A DNA stretch of 64,000 nt from Adineta vaga (taxonomy: Eukaryota > Animalia > Rotifera): assembly GCA_021613535.1 (NCBI GenBank), contig CP075495.1, positions 11,160,001 through 11,224,000 on the forward strand, given 5' to 3'. The stretch's first letter is position 1, and every line of letters starts with the position of its first letter. The notes below the pieces were generated by a model. It was not told the origin of the DNA. It saw only the letters and a list, made by a program, of their open reading frames with translations, and searched no databases. The position numbers were made by a program, and so were the translations under genes. Positions 54,780 through 64,000 of the stretch are shown here, one piece after another.

Positions 54780-55251
54780 ATGAAAGCACCACGAATCGTT
54801 AATCGCGGTCGAATCGCGCCTTCATCCCCCAAACCCGTCATTGATTCTGGACGGACTTCATTTTCGTCTGCATCAGCTGTTAGCACTATCGATGATATCG
54901 ATCCAGAATCAGAAACACATGTTCCAGAAAAAGCGATTCAGAAGTAAGTCGAAAAAGAACTAAGATTTTCCTCATAGAAATCTTCTCTTCTCTTTATTAG
55001 ATTAGAACAATCTATCAAAGCATCATCTATAAAGAAAAAAGTGATTTTGGGTGTTGTTATTTGTGCAGTATTTGCGTTACTCTTTGCTATCATTTTTGGT
55101 GTAACGTATTCACTTACAAGGGATAAATGTAAGAAGATATATTATTGTTCAACACAAAGAGAGTTACAATTTTCTTCTTGTATATTTTAGCGTGACTACG
55201 ACTACAATGCCTCCAGAGCCCGTTACTAATACAACTCAAATAAAAATTTGA
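54780..55251 (+). CDS. Small single-pass membrane protein (3 exons)
   Basis: MKAPRIVNRGRIAP...EKAIQK-LEQSIKASSIKKKVILGVVICAVFALLFAIIFGVTYSL; frame of the last exon is uncertain. Confidence 0.55.
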
Positions 55252-56517
55252 TAAGGAGAAAAAAAGAAATTCTCTTTTGTTTTCTTAATAGTTTTAAAAA
55301 TCTATTAACAAATGTAAAAATTACAGTTTTTATTGAGAATATATACATATATATATATACACAAATATACTGGACATTTTGAAAACTTACCAAGTGATAA
55401 TTTATATTAGTCTCTTCGAATCAAATTTATCTTTATAATATGCGCATCGATCGAATATATCAGTTTCATAGAATAACTGCTATTCTCTCTTTGCGCTCAA
55501 GGTATGTACGAATTTATGATAAAAATATTTTCGAACATGCTCAGTTTCGAATTAGAAATATAGAAACTTTTCTTAATATCTTCAGTAATGATTCCATATA
55601 GAATTATTCTGGAAGAAGTGAGACCCTGTACGTGTCGAAATTTTTTATCACCTATGTCAATAGTAATTTCATCGCCATATTATTAATGAAACAGAACTTT
55701 GTATGGATTTATGAATATGTAATGTATCGTAAACCGAATAGGAACTTTGGTATATTTGTTTTCTATTAATTAAAAAAATTCTCTGCATTCTGCTACTTGT
55801 TTACTGAGAATAAAACATATTTTGTATACATCAATGCGCATATAGAGCTCAAAAACATTTCATCATATAGAGATCTTTACGAATATCTTAGCTAGTTTCG
55901 GTTTAGTTTTAAAATAATAACAAAACAATAACATAGGATCAGAGATTTTTCAGTTTTCATCGTGTTCTACTATCTGATATAATACAAAGTCACTTTTATT
56001 CTGTGTCAAATTCGTTGAAATATTTGTATCATTTATAATGATCATAACTTGTGCTTGAAAAATTCATGGAAGGAGAGAAAAGCTATCATTAGTTTCGTTT
56101 ATACATACTGTGAAATCATTAGCAAATATTTCCATTTGAGTCTTTCTTTCTGAAAATCGCACATTTCATACTCAATATTTATCAGAAACAACAAATCGTC
56201 TGCGCAAATGTACATAAATTGATAGAACCATCATAGTTAGTTTTAATTGTTAATAAAGTGATATTCATTGAAATAATATTTTGTATGTGTGATTGTTTTT
56301 ATGATTCTATGAGCTTGGTATCTTATAATTTAATTTCGATATGAAAGTGGTTCATGAATGAATATTCGAATACATCTATGAATCAAACTTCTATAGACCA
56401 TATATATATATATATATATATAAAACGTGCAAAACGAATGAAAATACAATGCTAAGTTTATTCGTGATTAAATATATTTTCATGCAATCGCAAACGCTAT
56501 TAATCAAGTATATGAAA

Positions 56518-56832
56518 TTATCCTTTGGGAGGTTTAAAGAGTTCTTTGACTTCATCAGTCTTTGCTTCTTGTTCAGCTGTATTACCATATCCATTACGAG
56601 TATGTACATTGGCACCTACTTCTAACAAACGTTTGACTATATTAGCATGTCCAAAATAAGATGCGGCATGGAGAGCGGTACTGTTGTTCGATTCTTCAAT
56701 GTGATTTATTTCTCTCGTTGTCATCGTTTTCAAAAGTCGATTTACTATATCTAAATCACCTTCTCGACATGCCATATAAAACTTACTAGCATGGCCGGTA
56801 GTACCATGTTTTGGTCGATCTATATTGGTCAT
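56518..56832 (-). CDS. Small intronless ankyrin-repeat protein
   Basis: FYMACREGDLDIVNRLL, STALHAASYFGHANIVKRLLEVGANV, GNTAEQEA. Confidence 0.85.
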   Translation of the reverse strand: MTNIDRPKHGTTGHASKFYMACREGDLDIVNRLLKTMTTREINHIEESNNSTALHAASYFGHANIVKRLLEVGANVHTRNGYGNTAEQEAKTDEVKELFKPPKG

Positions 56833-57677
56833 TATGTGTTTCTTTTAAATAGTGAAAGTTGAACCACGTTGATTCTATTAGATTCTGCGAAGTAGGAAAT
56901 TTTGAAAGTGCCATGGCAAAATATTTTGTCGTTGACAACACCCTTGAAAAAAGTCTTTTTTTTTCATTCTGTCTTATCTTTATTTTGACAAATGTCATCG
57001 ACAACAAGTGACATCAAGCGAAACTTCTATTGATCATGTATTATATAGGATTATTTGAAATAGATAACATATTTTAGTTTGGGAATTTTACGACAGAGTC
57101 ATTCGGAATTGATTTTTAACTGATAAACTAAATGTACAAATATATTGTAGAATCGTTACACAATGTAATTAATTAGAATGTGATTTTTTCATGCATCGTA
57201 TGCAAAAACTATACTCGTGTACTAAATGAATTGGGATCAAAGTACATTACACGTTCAATTAAAAATTTAATCTTATAAATAAATGAAGTCGATATAGTTT
57301 AATGCAAACAAACATAACTGAAATCAATTTTAATTATTAACATAATTTAATTTAATTAAATAAATTAGATAAGCATTATGATGTCCAAAACATTATTATC
57401 TCTTATGTCATACTAAGAAAAACTGGTGACATATCTGAATTTTTCTTTTGACGTCAATATGTGATGTAAAACACAAAGTCCACGTTCGTTTACTTACTTC
57501 TTTACGTCATTTTGGATGACAGTGCAGTTTTTTCTTCTTGCTTTCCTTTCCTTTAAGTTAAGAGACTGTCAATTATGTCGTTTCTTCTTCTCGTCAAATA
57601 CTGACATTACATTGGTTGGCATTGAGTATCGAATGAGTTCGAACTGAGTCATATGATTACAATATTTTCTTTCACAA

Positions 57678-59006
57678 ATGGCTATAATTTGGGAGTGGTT
57701 GCGTCAGATTTGGATTCCGACATCAGCTATTCGTTTAGCTGAAGCTGAACGACGTGTTTTATCTATTGTTAGATTTCCATTTGAACAAACCCAAGTTTCT
57801 ATAGGTGATGACTTAACAATCAATACAATTCATACACATAATCCGAAAGCAAAACGACTTGATAAAAATCGATCACCGTTAGTTCTTCTACATGGTTTTG
57901 GTGCGGGTATTGGCTTTTGGTTACTTAATATTGATGCCTTAGCTGAACAACATGAACACGTTTATGCGATTGATTTAATTGGTTGTGGACGATCGTCAAG
58001 ACCACGTTTTCGTGCGAAAACAACTGAAGAAGCTGAACAATTTTTCGTTGATGCTTTAGAACGCTGGAGAATTCAATTAAATCTTAACAAAATGATTTTA
58101 TTAGGTAGTAACATCTTTTTCTTTTTTGTAAAGTCATATACCAATTGATTGTGCTTCTAGGCCATTCATTTGGTGCCTATATTGGTTCATGTTATGCTAT
58201 GGCATTTCCATCTCGTGTATCACATTTAATATTAGCATCGCCTGTTGGTGTACCGAAAGAACCTGCACAAGCTGAAGCACCTGGTCGTCATCGTACTTCA
58301 CTTGCATGGCGTCTTCTACGTGATTTAATATTATTTTTATGGAATCGTGGTTATACACCTTTATCCGTTGTGCGAATGATTGGTCCAGTAGGTCCAAAAC
58401 CTGTAACTTCTTATGTAACAAAGCGGTTTTTAATTGGACCAGCTGTCGAAGAAGAAACATCACCTGCCACAAGTGAAGCTGGTTTAGAAACATCCGCAGC
58501 ACTTGCTGATCAAATTGATCAAGGACGATTGAAACTACCTAAAAGTGATGTTGCCCAATTAGTATGCATTTGAATTATATTCGAAATTCTTTTACAGTAA
58601 ATCATTTACCTTGTGAATCTATTTTAGTATCATCTATGTGCTCAACCTGGCAGTGGCGAATTTGCTTTACCCCGTGTTCTTAAATCAAATGTTTATGCAT
58701 ATAATCCATTAGAATGTCGTTTGGGTGATTCTGATGTTTCACGTGTAACATTTTTCTACGGTGACCATGATTGGATGGATACCGAGTAAATTGATAGATA
58801 GAATTCAGTTTTATTTTCAGTATTTAAATTTTTTCTCTTAATTTAGAGCTGGTCAACGAACTGTCAACTTTTTAAATAAACGACCAAATGCTTCAAAATC
58901 AGCTCGACTTATTGTTATACCTCGTGCTGGTCATCAAATGATGATTGATAATCCTGATGGATTTCATGAAGCTATTCAACAAGCATTGGAAGATCATACC
59001 GAATAA
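57678..59006 (+). CDS. ABHD4/ABHD5-family alpha/beta hydrolase (Ser-active type)
   Basis: PLVLLHGFGAG, VYAIDLIG.GRSSRP, AEQFFVDALERWR, GHSFG nucleophile elbow, LASPVG, SGEF, FYGDHDWMD, AGHQMMIDNP (HX4D). Confidence 0.9.
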
Positions 59007-59433
59007 AAGAAATCTATCTATTTTATTCCTATTTTCTGTAATAAAATTTTTTTATTTTCTCAATAAGATCCTCTTCATCGTTTTTCTTTGATGTTTCAAC
59101 CTACATCTATAAAGATTCTTAAAAGTATCAATGTCGATAGATGTCTCTCTTACACATACAAATAAATGCAGTCTGCATAGATGACTGAGTATTACTCAAC
59201 TAATAATTCGATTCTTTCGTAAGGACATCGACCATTGGTATGGCGAAATCATCAGGCTGAGTGTGTATATCAAATATATTCTCACGGTCATCAGATATTG
59301 ACTCATCTTTGTCAACAATCATTTGCATTACTTCATATTCTTATTTCAATATTTCCGTTCTTTTTTTCTTCTTCTTAGATCCATTTCTCTATTTTCTTTA
59401 TTTCCATCACGTAAAATCAGATAAATAAAAATC

Positions 59434-60928
59434 ATGGATTTAACAGCAGTTCCAAATTCATCGTTACATCTGTCATCAAAATCCGAATTTCTCATCGGTG
59501 GTAAATATCGTTTAGTACGAAAAATTGGTTCAGGTTCATTTGGTGATATTTACTTGGGCATCAATATTACCAATGGCGAAGAAGTTGCTGTCAAACTTGA
59601 ATCAGTCAAAGCTCGACATCCACAATTATTATACGAATCAAAATTATATAAAATTCTTCAAGGTGGAATTGGTATACCACATATTCGATACTATGCTCAA
59701 GAAAAAGATTACAATGTTCTCGTTATGGATCTACTTGGACCATCGCTTGAGGATCTCTTTAATTTTTGTTCACGACGATTTACTATGAAAACTGTACTGA
59801 TGCTTGCCGATCAGGTAACATAATTATGCTTTTATTTTTCGACAAGAAATATTTCTACGAAAAATTTCATTCAGATGATTGGTCGTATTGAATTTGTTCA
59901 TAACAAAAATTTCATTCATCGAGAGTAAATCGTTTTTTTCTTCTATATTATCTTCTTCATTATTGATTATTTATATATATTTGTTTAGTATCAAACCTGA
60001 TAACTTTCTAATGGGCATTGGTCGTCATTGTAATAAGGTTAGTTAAAGTTGTAGTGAAGAAAACGAAATTATGAATTGAACTTTTTTTTTCTCTTTGCAT
60101 AGGTGTTTTTGATCGATTTTGGTTTAGCTAAAAAATATCGTGACAATCGAACTCGACAACACATTCCTTATCGAGAAGATAAAAATTTAACTGGCACAGC
60201 TCGTTATGCTTCCATAAATGCTCATCTTGGTATTGAGCAAAGGTAAAAGGAGAAAAAGAAAAGGATTCGAATATTCTGATAAATGTATTGATGGATTATT
60301 TTTAGTCGTCGCGATGATATGGAATCATTGGGTTATGTTTTAATGTATTTTAATCGTGGTTCCTTACCATGGCAAGGTCTGAAAGCTGCTACTAAAAAAC
60401 AAAAATATGAAAAGATATCTGAGAAAAAAATGTCAACACCAGTAGAAATTCTTTGCAAAGTAAATCATATGATTAAGATTAGAAAACCTTGTTATACTAT
60501 TGTTTTTTTTCTTTTTTAACTAGGGATTTCCAGCGGAATTTGCTATGTATTTGAATTATTGTCGTGGTCTTCGATTTGAAGAAGCTCCTGATTATATGTA
60601 TTTACGTCAATTATTTCGCATTTTGTTTCGTACATTAAATCATCAATATGATTATACATTTGATTGGACTATGCTTAAACAAAAAGCAGCTAATGCAGCA
60701 TCAGCATCAAAATCAACATCAGCAGCAGCTGGAGCGAATACTGCGACGCCAACTGTTGCCGGAACTATTCCACCACAACAAGCATCAACAACACAAATGG
60801 CTACAGCGCCTACGACGACTACAGGCAATAATGGAGCGACACCAGGTAAAGGAGGAAAAGCAGACGATGGCGCAGATCAAGACGAGCACCAAGCACCAAC
60901 TATATATTCATCCAACGGACGTGATTGA
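59434..60928 (+). CDS. CSNK1A1: Casein kinase I alpha
   Basis: [96 protein letters not shown]. Confidence 0.96.
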
Positions 60929-61927
60929 TAGAAAAAAGTAGAGAGATACAACCATATGATAGCATCATTAACTAACTGCCAAAATTCTGCTTTCTACTAC
61001 CTTCCTTACTGCTTTTTTTCTGGTGATAGACGCTCAATCATTGACTTTTTCTTATCCATAAATGAAAGAATTTTACTAATTCGTTCGTTTCTTTTTCTCA
61101 TTTAGACCTACAAAAGATGAACAACGATGAATAGAAAAAAACGTAGGATAATTCATACACTTACAACAGCGAAAAAGCAGCTGCATATATAACGTGTCGT
61201 TTATCTTTCTTTCTTTTTCTCATTATCTGTACTCGCTCTGCTCTTTTTCTTGTTTCTCTTGATTGAAAATGTAAATGCCGTCAGCTTCCTCTACTTCTTT
61301 ACGTTTCTTCTATTATTTTGTCTTTTTTTTTCTCATGATTATGATGATGAACATGATCGGCAGCAGTGAATCGTTTCAGAACAAATCAACAGAATTCAAC
61401 AGATTCAGAATATACAATAGAACTAAATTATGTACAGAAGATTAAAAAAAAAGTATCCACTTATTCTTTTTCTCTATCATATCAAAAACTTTCTAAATTC
61501 ATAAATCATCTTTTCATATTGTTTACTTGTATGGCATATGCAAGTAGTTTTCAATGAAAAAAGACATTTCACGAACAAGGAAAATAAATAAGATAAAATT
61601 GCTAACTTACATGCATTTCTCATTGCTATAGATTGAATTTACACATACATGTAGGTATGACATCGTGAAAAGATGTTTAGAAAATTATTCCCATATGATG
61701 AAGAGAACAACGTCTAACATCCATGATAGATTATGAGAAAAATTGATCAAATAAACAATTTTCTAGACTCATAATAGATCAGTCCATATATTTTTCTATT
61801 CCAGAAAAAAATCAACCAATAGAAAGTACTACATATGTCTCCTTATGTAATCAAGTCAAAAAGTACTTCTGTCTCTATTACTATCAGTCTATTTCATATC
61901 TATTTTAGAGACAATTTCAACGAAAAT

Positions 61928-62371
61928 ATGTGGTTGTTGATATTTACTGCATTCTTTCTTGTTGTTGATGTAAGTATTTCTAAGAATGAACAAATCAATG
62001 TACTTGGTAAGCGCCTTAAACAATGTTCTACATCGCCATTAACTGGCTATTATCGAAGTGGTTCATGTGAATGGTCTGGCTCACATGATTATGGTGTACA
62101 TACTGTATGTGCACAGATGACAAATCAATTTCTTGAATTTACTCGTTCACGTGGTAATGATCTTTCGACACCACACAATAGTAGTCAGTTTCCTGGTTTA
62201 CGTCAAGGTGATCGTTGGTGTTTATGTGCTGCAAGATGGAAAGAAGCTTTTCTAGCTAAAGTCGCTCCACCTGTTCTTCTTCAATCAACTCATCGAATTA
62301 CTTTACAACATGTCAAACTTGATGATCTTCAAACATATGCATATCGAAATAATACCCAACGCCGATTTTAA
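61928..62371 (+). CDS. DUF2237-family protein with signal peptide, intronless CDS
   Basis: NVLG..L..CS..PLTGYYR.G.C...D.G.HTVCA.MT..FLEF..SRGNDLSTP....FPGL..GDRWCLCAARWKEA....APPV.L..TH, preceded by hydrophobic MWLLIFTAFFLVVDVSIS. Confidence 0.88.
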   Translation: MWLLIFTAFFLVVDVSISKNEQINVLGKRLKQCSTSPLTGYYRSGSCEWSGSHDYGVHTVCAQMTNQFLEFTRSRGNDLSTPHNSSQFPGLRQGDRWCLCAARWKEAFLAKVAPPVLLQSTHRITLQHVKLDDLQTYAYRNNTQRRF

Positions 62372-62810
62372 TACAAAAACATCATGAACCAGATCATTTA
62401 GATTTATAAAGTATTCGAAAAAATTTACTATTCTTTTCCATGACTTTATTTATTCTTGCTAAAATACTACATTTCTGTTTCAAATATATTATTCAACATT
62501 ACAATCTCAACATTGATAAACTAATCTCTGTAAGCCTAGATAGAAATATTTAATAAGAATGAGATGAAGCTGAATATTCATGATAAGTGCGTCATATGCT
62601 GATAAGAAATGTTTTTTTTGCAAGTAATAATATTTGAGTCAATATGATAATAACAAAACATTGTCGTTATTGTAGCCACGATGATTGTAATATTGACTCA
62701 GGTTGCTACAGATACTATCACATCGATAGAAAAGCATCTCGATATAAAACGAGGTAACTTCAGCCTTTTACTATGCAATCCACTATTATTAGTTATTTCT
62801 GTTCTACAAC

Positions 62811-63527
62811 ATGAATACGTTCACTCTTATTTTACTTGCTACGGCAGCAGTTTTAAGTACTGGTCGACCATCTGATTTACCAAACTGGGTAGGTATATAT
62901 ACTATCGATGATAGTTGCAATCAAGCTGAATGTTGTTGTGTATCAAAACAAGCGGTTATATCAAAAGTTCGTGATACTCAATTATTAATCACAGCAAGTG
63001 TTGCTGGCGCACCATGTCGAGAACAATTAAATGGTTCAACAACAATTTCTGTAACATTACCCATTCCTCAAGATAAAGGTGGCTATCAAATCACAACAAA
63101 TTTTCTCGGTACAAATAATCGATTTACTCTCAATTCTGATAGTCAATATATTGCTAATGTTAATTTACAAAGTCCAAAATGTAGTGGTGCAGCACAACGA
63201 GCAGTCAGTAATTGGATAGGAACATTTAATATCGATGACAGTTGTGATCAAAATGAATGCTGTTGTTTATCAGGTCAAACAAAAATTACGAAAATAAGTG
63301 ATACACAACTCTTAGTTGCAGCTAATATAGTTGGTAAAACATGTCCATCAGACTTAAATGGTTCAGTTGAAGTGCCACTTGCCATACCACAAGATCAAAA
63401 TGGTTTTCAAACTACAACAAATTTTCTCGGTACAAATAATCGATTTACATTAACTTATGACAATCAATATATTGCCAATGTTAATTTACAAAGTCCTAAA
63501 TGTAGTGGTATGGGACGACGCGCATAA
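62811..63527 (+). CDS. Secreted Cys-rich protein with two ~105-aa tandem repeats, unknown family
   Basis: Signal MNTFTLILLATAAVLSTG. Repeat NW.G...IDDSC.Q.ECCC.S.Q..I.K..DTQLL...C...LNGS...IPQD..G.Q.TTNFLGTNNRFTL..D.QYIANVNLQSPKCSG occurs twice. Confidence 0.85.
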   Translation: MNTFTLILLATAAVLSTGRPSDLPNWVGIYTIDDSCNQAECCCVSKQAVISKVRDTQLLITASVAGAPCREQLNGSTTISVTLPIPQDKGGYQITTNFLGTNNRFTLNSDSQYIANVNLQSPKCSGAAQRAVSNWIGTFNIDDSCDQNECCCLSGQTKITKISDTQLLVAANIVGKTCPSDLNGSVEVPLAIPQDQNGFQTTTNFLGTNNRFTLTYDNQYIANVNLQSPKCSGMGRRA

Positions 63528-64000
63528 ATTTTCGAATTAATGTGAAAAATTTTACTTAAAGAACATAGTTTGCTTTAATCTAATAACTATGTACTAATTA
63601 TCAGTATATCACAAATAAATTGACATATATTATATCTTTTCAGTTCTAATTCACCAAAATATTCAACAAAACTACTGCCCTCTATAGTATTCTTTACTTC
63701 AAATCTCTAAAATTATACCTTCACTTTAAAAGATATTTCATATCTATGATAACATTAACCGTTGAGTTTAGTCAGAAGATGTACTTTGAAATCATTCTCA
63801 ATCTAATGAAATTCAATCGATCCATATCATCATCTCTGAAATGAATAAGAATTTCCTATTGATCAATGAGCCACATCTTTGACAAGTATAAGTATCGTAT
63901 CATATATTTTTTCATTTATTCATCTGATCAACCAATTGTTGTTTTTCGATTCTTGATATGACATGATAAATGACCATCCATGTTTATATTCATGAATATA

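Noticed and set aside
1-64000. Prokaryotic systems (CRISPR, defence operons), rRNA or tRNA genes
   Set aside because: The window is spliceosomal-intron-rich eukaryotic DNA, and no such signatures were recognised by eye.

Overview
AT-rich, gene-dense eukaryotic genomic DNA with many short (~50-70 nt) GT-AG introns. Metazoan gene content mixed with intronless bacterial-type genes suggests a bdelloid rotifer; this is an inference and no taxonomic search was run. About 22 genes can be modelled by hand: calsyntenin, a JADE/BRPF-type PZP protein, a domesticated double pogo/DDE-like gene head-to-head with DNAL4, a BAF-like gene, two S1 serine proteases, RXR, a bacterial-type deoC, MOCOS directly upstream of XDH, a PHM-like membrane pseudo-enzyme, two ankyrin genes, a degenerate FoxN-like gene, a single-box HMGB, a large orphan, a small TM protein, ABHD4-like, CK1-alpha, a secreted DUF2237 and a secreted Cys-rich two-repeat protein. 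Most interesting: (1) deoC appears to fill the whole 5'UTR intron of RXR on the same strand (GTAAGT donor 10 nt before the deoC ATG, polyT-AG acceptor after its stop), so one promoter could give either DeoC or RXR by splice choice; (2) deoC, MOCOS and XDH form a nucleoside/purine catabolism neighbourhood, with XDH next to its obligate activator; (3) a candidate internal first exon would give an ectodomain-less calsyntenin; (4) a metal-ligand-less PHM homologue; (5) a tandem dead pogo-like transposase. Several single-base frameshifts in otherwise intact genes look like assembly errors. All family calls come from motif recognition, not database searches.
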